A stretch of DNA of 64,000 nt from Diplonema japonicum (lineage: Eukaryota; Protista; Euglenozoa: Diplonemea): NCBI GenBank assembly GCA_964019335.1, contig OZ025730.1, positions 186,001 to 250,000 on the forward strand, written 5' to 3'. Shown here one piece after another: positions 30,482 through 41,607 of this stretch (positions within the stretch are counted from its first letter, which is position 1; each line of letters begins with the position of its first letter). The notes below the pieces were generated by a model. It had not been told where the DNA came from. It ran no database searches and was given only the letters and a program-made list of their open reading frames with translations. Position numbers and translations under genes: made by a program.

Positions 30482-33400
30482 TCACCTCCCCACTGCCAAG
30501 GACCTGTCTAGGTCGTTGACCATAGTGGCAAGGTGGGAGGAGGGGTTGGCCATGAGCACCTGAGGCGGGCCCATCTCCGCTACAGAACCCTTGGACATAA
30601 CAATGACACGGTCGGAATCGATGACAGTGTGGAGCCTGTGGGCGATCGTGATAACGGTGCAAGATGTAAACTCCTCCCGAACCACACGCTGGATGTTAGC
30701 ATCTGTGACAGGATCGATGCTGGAGGTGGGCTCGTCCATGACCATCACCTTCACGTCGCGCAACAGTGTCCTAGCCAGGGAGATGAGCTGCCTTTGCCCA
30801 GAGCTCAGAGTGTCTGCCCCAGCGCCCACAGTCGTCGACATGGGTAAGTCTTCCAAGCCCACTCGCTTCAGAGCCCCGCTCACTTCTTCGTCTGAATGTT
30901 CATCGAAGGGGTCCAGGTTCGTCCTTACAGTCCCTATCATGAGAAGCGGCTCCTGCGGTATCATCCCCAGTCCCTTTCTCAACATTTGAAGCCCGACTCC
31001 TTGAATGTCTTCTCCGTCCACCAGAACCCTTCCTCTTGTCACATCTACCAACCTGAACAGCACCACAGCCAGGGAGCTCTTCCCTGCCCCTGTGCGGCCC
31101 ACTACCCCGATTCTCTCGCCCGACTTGATTTCTAGATTGATCCCATTCAGAGCAGGGGGCAGCCCCTCCCTGTACGTCAGAGAGACGTCTTCGAACGCGA
31201 TGCTCCCTGTATTCGGCCATCCCGGCTTGTCTGTTGGGAGATGCCATTCGGGTTCCTGTGTCACCTCTTCGCCCTTGTACTGCAGTAGCCTCTCCAAACT
31301 GGTCATGCAGATCCTGAGCACGGAGAATGTGAATGAAAAGTACAGCAGGAAATACGGCAGCAGGAAGCAGTAGGTCAAAGCCAGCCCGAGCTCACTCGCC
31401 GAGAAGGAGCTGGGGCCCCACAGCATGTACACTCCTGTGCACGTGGAGATCAGGGTTGCGATGGTGTAGCACCACATGTTCTGCCACGCAATGACGCCAG
31501 CGGAGAGGAAGTTGTATCGTGTCATGATGTCCATTTTGTGTCCGAGGCTCCTGCGGGAGTGGTCGGTGAAACCCATGACGCGTAGCACGGTCCTGCCCTG
31601 ACCGTTGATTGTCTCACCCATCCCCGTGAGGACAGGACCCATGGCCTGGTTGGCAAGGCGTTTCAGGTCTCTGTTGGTGGCATCAGCAGCTTTGATCTGA
31701 AAGAGGTACAGTATGACAGTAAGCACCAACACCACAGAGACAGGCGGCACCACAATGATCATGATCGCGAACAGGACGAGGACCGTGCAGGCAAAGTTAA
31801 TACTGTGCTCGAAGAACTGCGACAAGAAGTTGTCCACAGTCGACAAATCGGAGCTCAACCGTGAGATGATCCTCCCGGAAGGCGTCTCTTGGAACCAAGC
31901 AACGGGTGCGTGGAGGAGCCGTTCCAATACCAGGTTGTGCAGGGTGTTGCCCGCCTTTTTGGTCGCCCTCCCAAAGAACACACTGCTGATCATGAGGCAA
32001 ACCACCAACATCACACACCCACCTCCGTAGATGGGTGCATACAGGTTGATATCCGGCTTCGACTCGTTACCCACCTTTAGGTTCTCCCGTTCCAGCAGCT
32101 CCTTCTCGTCGTAGTAATCCTCATCATTCTCGATCCACAAGGCCAACCACCTGTCGGAAAAGCCCATGAACAGGTACGCCACCTGGCACAGCAAAACACC
32201 CGTTATGATGTTCGCCCGTCCCATCGAGGCAACGTACTCCTTGTACACAGAGTCGGAGATTTCGCCCTTTTCTTTCTTCTCCGTCCTGAACAGCTCAGCG
32301 GAGACCTTCTGCTCCTCCTCGGTGCCTTGTGTGGCCTTTCCCTGAGCATTGGCGGTGTTCTGCGACTGGGACCCAGCAAGCTTCAGCTCCGATTGTGTGA
32401 CAAAGGCATGGAGGACACCCTCGAGGGCCATGACCTCCTGGTAGGTGCCCTGCTCGGAGAGGACACCGCCAGACATGACGAGGATCTGATCGGCTTCTGG
32501 GAGGAAGTGCAATTGGTTGAGAGCAACCAACACGCAGCACCCTTTGTCGTGGGCGAAGGACACCAAGGACTCAAAGATAGTCGCAGCAACAGTGGAGTCA
32601 ACCGCTGCAAGCGGGTCGTCCAGTACAAGCAGCTTGGGGACACCGTACAGCACCCTGGCGACTGAGACACGCTGCTGCTGCCCACCGGACAGCGTGATGC
32701 CCCTCTCCCCGATGGCCGTCATCGCCCCTGCCGGCAGCACATCCAAGTCTGCCCCCAGCGCTGCTCCTGTAATTGCGTCGTAGAACCTTTCTTCGTTGTA
32801 CTCCCGCCCCATCAGAATGTTGTCCTTGATCGTCCCGCACACTACAAATGCACGCTGCGGTGCGTACCCGATGTCGTTGTTCGCATTAACCCTCCCCTCC
32901 TCCAGCGGCATGTCTCCGAGTATTGCCGATATGAGAGATGTCTTCCCGTTCCCTACTTGGCCCACCACTGCCGTCACCTTACCCTTCTCTGCTTTTAGTG
33001 ATGGGACCTTGACTTCGAAGGCAGACGACTCCCACCTGCACACAGCGTTCTCTATCTCTACACCTTCACATGTAGGGCGTGCTTCGACACCCTCCGCCTC
33101 GAGGTAGTCAGTGAGGCGGTTGAGCGCGACAGTAATGGAGGCTGACAGTGTGATGCCAATGGGTGACGATGTCAAAGCAAGGCGCAGTGACTGGAAGATC
33201 GTGATACCGGCAAAGACCCTCGCCGGTTCCAGCTGCTCGCCCATCGCAGAGAGAATGATGAAGGTGCAGCACGCGGCGAGGATGGGACTAGCCCTCCCAA
33301 CTTGGATAGATGTCATGTGCAACATTCGCGTCTTTTGTATGAAACCCGATTCATGCTGTCGCGAGGCCATTACGGTGTTCAAGAAGTTCTGTTCCCACGC

Positions 33401-34330
33401 GCAGTACTTGATGGCCTTTATACCCTCGATAATGCGTGTGGTGATGGCGATCCTTTCGTCTGCAGCCTCGAGGGCAAGTTCCTCAACATCCTTGGTCACT
33501 GTGGCGAGGTATATGGTGAAGAGTAGGATACCGACGATGATGGCAAGGCCGAAAGAGCACACCCACCCCAGTGTGATGTACAGCATAATAATGCCGCCGA
33601 CGATGGAGAAGGCGGACATGGGGAGCAGGCAAAGTTGTTTGAAACTTTCGTACGTCTTGATGATATCGGAGCCGAGGATGGATTTCTCGTTGTTGTCAAG
33701 AGGCAGTGCTGTGTGGGCCTTCCAGTGCAGCAGCGACGTACAGGTCACCAAGTAAGCGGACCCGAAGTTGTCATTGAAATACTGTCTTGAGGCGCTTGTC
33801 GCCACTCCCTCCGCGATCAGCGTCGCAGTCAGACCAGCAATGTAATATGCCTGTGTCTCGTCAATGGTGGCATCGTCTTTGATGGAATCAATGAGAAGCA
33901 ACAACAGTAGAGGTTTCACCACAGTCCCGAGAAGACCTTGTGCGACAGACCACAACAGGCCTTTTAAAAGCAACGGCCACCACATATTCCGCAGGACCCG
34001 GAACATAGATGGTGGCCTCGATGCGGCTCTGGCTTTTTCAACTTCGGCTTCCCACGCCTCTATCGCAGAAGGGCCTACTGCATCCATTGTGTAGGCTGGT
34101 GGGAGCTTTGGAGCTTCCTTCCCCGAGAGGGCGTCTCTGGACAGTCCACCGAAGACCAATGGCGTCATCCACCACATGAGATGTCTTGAGAGCGCGTTGC
34201 ATTCGTCAGGACGCACGCCGTTGTCATCTTCGATGGGGTCGTGCTTCGCTTCAGCTTTGTAGTTCATCCATTTCCCGCATAGGTGATGCTCGTGCTCGTT
34301 TTCCCCGTAAGGTGCAGTAGTCTCGACCAT
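30482..34330 (-). CDS. ABC transporter subfamily C (MRP-like, short form without TMD0)
   Basis: 1282 aa, TMD-NBD-TMD-NBD. Walker A GQVGNGKT and GRTGAGKS, signatures LSGGQ and LSSGQ, ITIAHRL. Confidence 0.95.
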   Translation of the reverse strand: MVETTAPYGENEHEHHLCGKWMNYKAEAKHDPIEDDNGVRPDECNALSRHLMWWMTPLVFGGLSRDALSGKEAPKLPPAYTMDAVGPSAIEAWEAEVEKARAASRPPSMFRVLRNMWWPLLLKGLLWSVAQGLLGTVVKPLLLLLLIDSIKDDATIDETQAYYIAGLTATLIAEGVATSASRQYFNDNFGSAYLVTCTSLLHWKAHTALPLDNNEKSILGSDIIKTYESFKQLCLLPMSAFSIVGGIIMLYITLGWVCSFGLAIIVGILLFTIYLATVTKDVEELALEAADERIAITTRIIEGIKAIKYCAWEQNFLNTVMASRQHESGFIQKTRMLHMTSIQVGRASPILAACCTFIILSAMGEQLEPARVFAGITIFQSLRLALTSSPIGITLSASITVALNRLTDYLEAEGVEARPTCEGVEIENAVCRWESSAFEVKVPSLKAEKGKVTAVVGQVGNGKTSLISAILGDMPLEEGRVNANNDIGYAPQRAFVVCGTIKDNILMGREYNEERFYDAITGAALGADLDVLPAGAMTAIGERGITLSGGQQQRVSVARVLYGVPKLLVLDDPLAAVDSTVAATIFESLVSFAHDKGCCVLVALNQLHFLPEADQILVMSGGVLSEQGTYQEVMALEGVLHAFVTQSELKLAGSQSQNTANAQGKATQGTEEEQKVSAELFRTEKKEKGEISDSVYKEYVASMGRANIITGVLLCQVAYLFMGFSDRWLALWIENDEDYYDEKELLERENLKVGNESKPDINLYAPIYGGGCVMLVVCLMISSVFFGRATKKAGNTLHNLVLERLLHAPVAWFQETPSGRIISRLSSDLSTVDNFLSQFFEHSINFACTVLVLFAIMIIVVPPVSVVLVLTVILYLFQIKAADATNRDLKRLANQAMGPVLTGMGETINGQGRTVLRVMGFTDHSRRSLGHKMDIMTRYNFLSAGVIAWQNMWCYTIATLISTCTGVYMLWGPSSFSASELGLALTYCFLLPYFLLYFSFTFSVLRICMTSLERLLQYKGEEVTQEPEWHLPTDKPGWPNTGSIAFEDVSLTYREGLPPALNGINLEIKSGERIGVVGRTGAGKSSLAVVLFRLVDVTRGRVLVDGEDIQGVGLQMLRKGLGMIPQEPLLMIGTVRTNLDPFDEHSDEEVSGALKRVGLEDLPMSTTVGAGADTLSSGQRQLISLARTLLRDVKVMVMDEPTSSIDPVTDANIQRVVREEFTSCTVITIAHRLHTVIDSDRVIVMSKGSVAEMGPPQVLMANPSSHLATMVNDLDRSLAVGR

Positions 34331-34437
34331 GCCTCCTAGATGAAAGGAGTGTTATGTATGTGGGAAGAAGAAGGAAAAAAAGAAATAAAAAACCAAATCA
34401 CGGAAGCGAAAGGGGGGTTAATAAAAGTAATAAGGGG

Positions 34438-34836
34438 TCAGGTAACGTGAACAGTAGTGAGGTGGACCTTGTCGGGGGCTGTGGTCCGGGGTTTGCAGCA
34501 CTTCGACGCCAGCACACCGAACACCAAGATGCCTGCTAAGAATAGAAAAACCAAAAGAAATGCTTCTGCGCTGAGCTTTGCCGAAGCTGAGAGGCGGCAG
34601 TTCAACACCACGTCTGTAATCTCAACAGGGCATTGTTGAGGTTCAGCGAGTACAATGGCACCGCTGACTTCGTCCCTCCTACACTCCGATCCAAGACATT
34701 TTAAACACTCCCGCACCTGGTGGCACCACACACAACCTGCTTCTTCACAGCAATCTTCGTGTTTTCTTGCTTCACAAGCACCTTCCCCCTTCACGACTCC
34801 TAGCGCCATCGTCATTATTGCAAGTGTAAATAACAT
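34438..34836 (-). CDS. Small type I membrane protein: signal peptide, Cys-rich PSI-like ectodomain, one TM helix
   Basis: 132 aa. C...CC...CVWC...C pattern; hydrophobic AFLLVFLFLAGILVFGVLA followed by KCCK. Confidence 0.65.
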   Translation of the reverse strand: MLFTLAIMTMALGVVKGEGACEARKHEDCCEEAGCVWCHQVRECLKCLGSECRRDEVSGAIVLAEPQQCPVEITDVVLNCRLSASAKLSAEAFLLVFLFLAGILVFGVLASKCCKPRTTAPDKVHLTTVHVT

Positions 34837-35330
34837 TTGTATTTTCTTTTGTTCCCTTTCTTGTTTTTATTGTCGTGTAGAAATAGAATGAAAAAGGAGG
34901 GGGGGGTGAGCTAAAAAAAGTGAGAAGAAAAGGAGTTAAGGAAAAAGAAGAAGAAGAAAAAAAGATAGAGTAACCCTTTTCTTTTTTTTCTCTCATTCTT
35001 GGACATCCTCAGTGTGCACGGATAGAGGTTGCACACGACACATGGTATTGCAACATCTCTCCCCCCCACCATCCCTCCCCCTTCCAAACTCGTGATAAAG
35101 GACGGGGAAAAGAAAAAAGAAGAAAAAAGAAATAAACACACTAAAAATCGACGAAAGGGGGGGGGGGGGGATCAAATATGAAGGAGGGGGAAGACAGCGC
35201 GCCTTCAGGTAGAAGGTATAAAAAAACACCTTTAAGTGCAAGAAACGGCAAAGGTGTTGCACAGCATGCCTTCTCTTCCCATCCTTACTATTTCACCCCC
35301 CTCCCCCCCTTTTTCTTTTTCTTCGTACGT

Positions 35331-37372
35331 CTACTCCTTAATCGTGAACTCCTTGAGTGCGTCCTCCCATGTGAGACGACCGGTGCAAAGTTTGCTGAGC
35401 ACGGTGGCGGCTTCGTCAGTCGAGACGAAGATCTGTCGTATTTTTTTTTTTGTCAATTCACATACCTGCTTGGTAGAATCTCTCTCCCTGAGGGTGACCT
35501 TCTTCTCCGATTCTGTCTGCTGGTCGATTGTAATATCGAAGGGAACACCAATCTCGTCAGCCCTGGCGTACTTCTTGCCGATGGCCTGCGAACCATCGTC
35601 CACCTTGTAGCTGACACCCATCGAGGAGAACTCAGCCCTCCACATGGTGATGAGGTCCTGGCACCACTTCTCCTGTTTTTAAACGAAACGATACTAAATT
35701 GACAAGTAAGCCATACCCTGAAAACAGTCGGCGAGAGAGGCATGATGCTCACCTTGTACGGTGCAATCATTGCAGGAAGGGAGAACACTGCCCTCTTCTC
35801 GTTCTTGTCGTCTTTGCTCTTTTTGCCGCCCTTGGCGTCAGCAGCAGGGGCATCGCCTTCCTTCTTCTCTTCCCTTCTGACCCAGTACACCTGCTCCAGA
35901 AGCGCGTAGACAAGCCTGCCCACACCAAACGACGGCTCGATGACGCTGGGCGTGTAGTTCCTGCCTTCGACTGTCTTCACCACCTTCTTGAAGGACACCA
36001 TGTTGCGGGTCAGAGTCAGTGTCTTGCTCACGACGGTGCCCTTCTCGTTGACGTCGATGGTGATGTCGATCTTCTCGTTGGTGGCGAGCTCCGCCTCCAT
36101 CTTCAGTGCCTCGTCCTCGGGCAGCTCCTCAAGGTACTTCATCACGTCCTTGGAAACGGCACGGAAGGTCTGGCTCACGATCTTCTTCACGATGCCTCTT
36201 TCCAGAACATCCACCTTCTTCGGTGTGTCGTACTTCTCATAAGCCACGAATTCGGTGTTCCTCTCCTTGCCGTGCGCCTTCAGGTCGAAGCAGCTCCTGT
36301 CTGCGATGCCCACGCACTCAACCCAACCGAAGCTGGTGAGGGCCTCGAGGTCCCAGCAGTCGCAGGCGTAGTGAGCCATCTCGCTGATCTTGTGCTGCCT
36401 GAACCTGATGAACTTGATACCGATGGCGTGCACGAACAGCTTCACCCTGCCGATGAAGTAGGCAAGCGTCTCGTTGTCGATGAGGCCCTGCTCCACTGCA
36501 TCGCCCAGCTTCATCATGACAGGCTCGTCTCTCTGCTCCTGAAGGTGCTTCGGCCACAGGCACACCTCCAGGTCGCTCACAGTGTGGAACTTCGGGCAGC
36601 TCTTGTCGTCGGGGTTCACGAAGTGCTCGATCTCCGCCAAGGTGAACTCCCTGACACGGATGAGGTTGTTCCGGGGGGCGATTTCGTTCCTGAAGGCAGT
36701 GCCGATGGCGGCACCCGCAAAGGGCATCCTGCCACCGTTGAACTCAAGCATTCTCTTGAAGTTCAGGAGGATACCCTGAGCAAGCTCGGGGCGGAGGTAA
36801 CCCGTACGATCACCAGCGGGGCCGATGGGGGTGGGGAACATGAGGTTGAAGTCCTTGGGCTCTGAGAGGGGGTTGTTGCTGGGGGACATGACCTTGTGCT
36901 TTGCGAGGACCTCCTTGAACTCGGGGATCTTCATGGATTCAGCATCGGCCATGAGGTTGGTGAGGTCCTTCTTCTCCTCTTCGCTGAGCTTGTCCTTCTT
37001 CTTAGGGTCTTCAAGCTTCTTCTTTGCCCACTCTTCAAGGTACTTGTCCAGTCGGTAAAGGTCCTTTGTGACAGTGTCCTGAACCATGACGTCGGTGAAC
37101 TTCTTGGTGTGGCCGGAGGTCTTGAAGACTTCCTCGGGGGTCAGACAGGTGGTGTCCACCTCAAGCATGTTCTCTTCCAGCACGAAGTGCTGTCTCCACA
37201 GGTTGATGAAATTGTGCTTGATCTGGCAGCCCACGGGACCGTAGTCGTAAATACCCGCCACGCCACCATAGCAGTCGAAACCCAGACCGTAGAGGAACCT
37301 TCTCTTGCAAGTGTCTTCGAACTCCGCTCTGTTGAAGTTGGGGAGCTCCGTGGGCAGTTTTGTCGCCGTCAT
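35331..37372 (-). CDS. GARS: Glycyl-tRNA synthetase (eukaryotic alpha2 type); introns 35673-35716 and 35433-35465
   Basis: YDYGPVG, YLRPELAQG, FRNEIAPR, VIEPSFGVGR, IGKKYARADEIGVPF. The 44-nt intron restores frame (PTVFR|EKWCQD); the second, 33-nt intron is in frame. First plausible ATG at 37372. Confidence 0.95.
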
Positions 37373-37539
37373 TTTACTTACTGTGCCTGTGCAGGCTGTT
37401 CTTAGTGTTTTTCGAAACGTTTTCTTTTTCCCTTTCCCTGGAGGGGGTAAAAAAAAAAAGGAAGAAAAAAAAAAAAACAACAAAAAGTAAGGGATCATCA
37501 AAAAAAAAAAAAAAAAAAAAAAAGAGTCCGTTCTTCCTC

Positions 37540-37803
37540 CTAAATTAAACCCTTCGCTTTCGCAAAATCTTTGCTTGCGATCGTTTTCCAATTCTTGCCC
37601 CGGTACGCCTCGCTGTGCGACATCCTCGGGAGCGTGATGCGCTTGGCGTTGATCATCTTCTGCTTTTCCAGTTTCGCCGCCCGCCCGCCATGCGGGACCT
37701 TGTCGTTAATAAGTGAAGGCGGCTTTCCTTTTGTACCGAGCTCGGACCAAAGATTAGGAGGAGCCGCTTCGTGCCCAGCACATTGCGTGCACCAACCTGA
37801 CAT
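37540..37803 (-). CDS. Hypothetical small basic protein, 87 aa (MSGWCTQC...)
   Basis: Coding-like island preceded by a poly(T) tract, CAG and ATG; no recognised domain; start uncertain. Confidence 0.5.
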   Translation of the reverse strand: MSGWCTQCAGHEAAPPNLWSELGTKGKPPSLINDKVPHGGRAAKLEKQKMINAKRITLPRMSHSEAYRGKNWKTIASKDFAKAKGLI

Positions 37804-37910
37804 GTGTGTGTATCTGCAAAAAAAAAAAAACAAAGTACCACCAAAGACCAAAAAATCGGGGTATAACTCATGTACAAACAAACAAAAATCAAAAAAAAAA
37901 AAAAAAAAGT

Positions 37911-38402
37911 TCAAGGTTCATTTTCCCTCGCGATGTCGATAAGCGCCTGGAGTTCCTGAGCGATGGGGGTGGAGGGGAGGTGCAGACGGAGAGGGGATAC
38001 TTCGGGTATATCGTGAGGAGTTGGATGGAAAACTTTTCCCGCAAGGTGTGGAAGAGGTGCATCCCTTGCAATGGGCGGGGGCAGCCGCTGGGCGCCGGTA
38101 ACTAGCAGCGCGGAAAGTTTTGCAGACGCGACGCGCATCTCGTCCACGATTCTCCTTTGCTCCTCCATGACAGTGTCTTGCTGCCTGAGGACTTCGCTGC
38201 ACATTCTGTGCAGTGCTTTTGCCTCGCTCACCCTGTTTTCTGCCCTCTCAACCACTACGCTTGTCAGTAACGCCATATCCCTTACACCAAACACAACATT
38301 GCCAAAGTCCTCTTCCACTGCTGCGCTTAGAACCACCACCTTCGACCTCTCATCGGGGTACGGCAGCGTGCACAGCACTCTTATCGTTTCTTGTGAGGAC
38401 AT
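37911..38402 (-). CDS. Hypothetical protein with central coiled coil, ~163 aa
   Basis: ORF from MSSQE; heptad-like middle region. Confidence 0.6.
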   Translation of the reverse strand: MSSQETIRVLCTLPYPDERSKVVVLSAAVEEDFGNVVFGVRDMALLTSVVVERAENRVSEAKALHRMCSEVLRQQDTVMEEQRRIVDEMRVASAKLSALLVTGAQRLPPPIARDAPLPHLAGKVFHPTPHDIPEVSPLRLHLPSTPIAQELQALIDIARENEP

Positions 38403-38688
38403 ACCATGCCTCTCCTGTGTTGTGGGTGAGGATAAAGAAGGTGAAAAAGTTCTTCTTTTTTTTTTTTTTCTTTTTTTCTCGCGCATCGATACAAACTAAG
38501 GAAAGGAGAGGGGAAAAAAAAAGGGAAAAAAAAAGGAGGGGATGAGAAAACTATCAATATTTCCCCACCCCATTCGATGCAGCAACAAAAACAAAAACAA
38601 AAAAAAAAAAAAAAAAAACAAACAAAATGACAAAAAAAAAAAATGTCCACGCAACTCTTTTTTTTTATTTTTATTTTTTTTTTAATGA

Positions 38689-40002
38689 TCATTGCAACGC
38701 GGCAACCCACACGTCCAGTTCCATCACATCGAGGTTCTTCAAGAAGCCCCGTTCTTCCTCCAGCATGAAGGTCACCGCCTGCGAGGTGTGGGTTTCCTTC
38801 AAGGGTGATGCCACAGGCGACCACTGAGTGGAGAGCTCAGCCGACACAATCGCTTTAAGAAACTGCGCCTGCGCGACAACAAAATCAGATTTCATCTGCA
38901 ACATTCCCACAAGCAACGCAATCGATTCCTTCATGTTCTGCGATACCTTGGGAGGTGCCTCCAAGGACAGCCCAACCCCTTTGTGGTACCCTTTACACGG
39001 GTAGATCGACCATTTTTCAAGGCACATATTTTGTGTTAACATCCCAATTCCCGTTGTTTTCCAAGTGCTGAGGCTTTGCGGGGTAGCCCATGGGATGAGC
39101 TCCAACATGCCCAGCAGCGAATCAAACATTTCCATCAACCACACGGTGTCCGACGAAACATTTCCATTTGCGTCTGACATTGGGGAGAACTTGTACTCGA
39201 GGTTTCTGTTCCTGTCTAAGACGAACCCGTACCATAGAAGCAGTTCATAGTTGGAGTAGGTCCCGTACTTTAAAAGAATCTGCGATCCAGCCGGGCATGT
39301 GGAAGCAGTGGTGACCTCAAATCGCTGGCGTTGCTTTATAAACTCAGCATTGTGGCCACCGCAGTCAGTGTAGTTAAAGTAGTCCAGCCATGGTATCATA
39401 GCCCAAATATCGTTTGACCTTTCGTTAACGCTGTGGTAGAACCCGCGGGACAACAGCGAGCAGTAGAATTTGCGAAACTCCTTGAATTTCAATTTTTTAA
39501 GAGCCTCGAGGCGTAACCGGTCGGGTTTAGGCAAGCTGGACGGGATGGCCTTGTTTTTGATGATCGCGAGTGTTTCTTGGTAAAGGGCATCGAGCGCCTT
39601 GCGTTCTTCAAGAACCTTGCTGTGTCTGCGTCTTGACGCAGTCAGTATTTTGATTTCGTCGTCGGTGGCTTCGAGTAGTGTGTCATATGCCTGGGGAAGC
39701 CTGCTTACCCATGGGTGCCAAGCAGAATTTTCATCGCGGTCCTCGTGTGCTAGAAACAGAGGGATGAGCCCCAAAGGCGAAATGGTATCGTCGTAAATAT
39801 GCCGGAACACCACGTGCTCCCTCGCGCACCTTGTGGTAAGCATCATCGTCATCGGAACGGAGGCCACAACGGTGCCTGGCGGCACGTCGGCCGTCACCAC
39901 CACGCCCACCCCGCCCCCCATCTCGGGGAGCTTCTTTGTCACCACTTCCGGTTTTATCCGGCATCCCTTCGATTCCACCCACCCTCTTAGGAAATCACTC
40001 AT
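38689..40002 (-). CDS. SET-domain protein methyltransferase, SETD3/SETD4/LSMT-like
   Basis: GGVGVVVTADV, WHPWVSRLP, MIPWLDYFNY, QILLKYG...NYELLLWYGF. ATG at 40002 after an A tract. Confidence 0.85.
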   Translation of the reverse strand: MSDFLRGWVESKGCRIKPEVVTKKLPEMGGGVGVVVTADVPPGTVVASVPMTMMLTTRCAREHVVFRHIYDDTISPLGLIPLFLAHEDRDENSAWHPWVSRLPQAYDTLLEATDDEIKILTASRRRHSKVLEERKALDALYQETLAIIKNKAIPSSLPKPDRLRLEALKKLKFKEFRKFYCSLLSRGFYHSVNERSNDIWAMIPWLDYFNYTDCGGHNAEFIKQRQRFEVTTASTCPAGSQILLKYGTYSNYELLLWYGFVLDRNRNLEYKFSPMSDANGNVSSDTVWLMEMFDSLLGMLELIPWATPQSLSTWKTTGIGMLTQNMCLEKWSIYPCKGYHKGVGLSLEAPPKVSQNMKESIALLVGMLQMKSDFVVAQAQFLKAIVSAELSTQWSPVASPLKETHTSQAVTFMLEEERGFLKNLDVMELDVWVAALQ

Positions 40003-40278
40003 TTTTTTTTTTCCCACCTCCCCTGATTTCGCCCTTTTTTTTTAAAATTCAAATTTAAAGATAGTAGGGGGGGAAAAAAAGAAGAAAAAAAAATACAATC
40101 AAAAAAAAAAGGGTTTTAAAACACGAGAGAAAGAGAACCAAAAGAGCGGCGAACGCGGCGGCATTTTGAGAGGGCGAGAAGGGGAAAAAAAAGGGGGGAG
40201 GATTAAGATAAAAAAGGATCCCCCTGTTTTTTTTTTTTTTTTTTCTTTTTTTCTCTTCTCTTGTTCTTTCCTTCCTTA

Positions 40279-41235
40279 TTAATCCTCGATGTAGGAGAGG
40301 ATCAAGGCGGGATTTGACGCGAACTCGGATTTGAATTTTTCTATGAGGGGGTGGTCTTGTTTAACCGACAGAGGCTGCGTGGCAGGGTGGGCAAGGGGAA
40401 GGGTGGAGGGGGGACGTTGTTCCAGCTCCACCACAGAATCTTCCTTGTCCAGGTCGATAACGTCATCGGCAACAACATCCACATCTTCCACGATTTCTAC
40501 AGGTTCTTCTTCTGTTTTTTTCTGTCGCTTGGCGGCCGGTTGGAAGAACGACTGTATTGTCCTAACGTTCTTCTTGGCCCCCTTTTCTTCAAGGGAAATC
40601 TCCTGTGTACACTCGGGAGTGTTAAACGATACTTTTCCGACATTTTTCGACACGGGGTGCCATTTCAAGTCCATCTCCTGTCTTGTCAACATCTCCTGAC
40701 AGTCACTGAGGGAAACTTTGCATGATATCCATTTTGAGATGTCATCCTCGGTGTTTAGGATGACCGGCATACGGTCATGGATCCATTTCAATGCGGGCGT
40801 GACAGATGTGGTGATGACAACAAAGGTGGCTTGTGTTTCATCATATAGAGCAGCAATGGGGAGAAGCGTTTCTGATGAGTGGTGCAGGTAGTATGGTTGT
40901 TTGTCCTTAGCGGTTTCCCCTGCGTGCCACTCGTAGAAACCAGTGAGGAACATTACGCATTTTTTTAGTTTCCTGAAGGTGGCTTTTTCAGCCACGCTCT
41001 CGCCTCTGGCATTGACTACGAACCTCCCTTGAAACCCGGTCAGGCCCCACCTTGCACACCACATCTCCGCGCCTGTTGCCCCTTCCCTCAACACGGGGAA
41101 GGAGGAACCTGGGGCCACGTTGTACCTGCCCCCTTCCCTGCCTTCGCTTTCCCCCAACGGCTTCCCACCAAGCCTTTTTTGTATCGCAGCGTGATACGCC
41201 TTCGGTTCCAGTGTACAAGCTCCACGGCCACACAT
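40279..41235 (-). CDS. HMCES: Abasic-site processing protein HMCES (SRAP domain)
   Basis: True start MCGR at 41235 (catalytic Cys2); RYNVAP, NARGE, GFYEW, IHDRMPVIL; PIP-box-like TIQSFF. Confidence 0.93.
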   Translation of the reverse strand: MCGRGACTLEPKAYHAAIQKRLGGKPLGESEGREGGRYNVAPGSSFPVLREGATGAEMWCARWGLTGFQGRFVVNARGESVAEKATFRKLKKCVMFLTGFYEWHAGETAKDKQPYYLHHSSETLLPIAALYDETQATFVVITTSVTPALKWIHDRMPVILNTEDDISKWISCKVSLSDCQEMLTRQEMDLKWHPVSKNVGKVSFNTPECTQEISLEEKGAKKNVRTIQSFFQPAAKRQKKTEEEPVEIVEDVDVVADDVIDLDKEDSVVELEQRPPSTLPLAHPATQPLSVKQDHPLIEKFKSEFASNPALILSYIED

Positions 41236-41607
41236 TTTTTTTTTTTTTTTTCCTGTTTGCCTTTTTATCAAAGCACAAGTGGGCCTTATTTTCCAACGAA
41301 ATATTTTTAACGAGTTCAAGGAGCAGCTCTTCTATAAGGGCGGCGCTGGTTGCAGTTGGGTTTCGTGTTGACTGCATTCGTGAGCGGTGGTTTGTCCCCC
41401 CGAATATTGATTGACGGACAAAAAAAAAAAAAAAGAAAAACGACTACTAAAATATGAGAAAAAGAAACATTTCAAACTAAGCACGGAGGAGGGGAGGGAT
41501 ATGGTCCGAAGTACGGGTATTTGTCACAAAAGAAAAAGAAATGTGCACAAATATCGCATTGCAGAATCATAAACGACACGAAACCTGGAAAGGCGGTCGG
41601 TCCCCTC

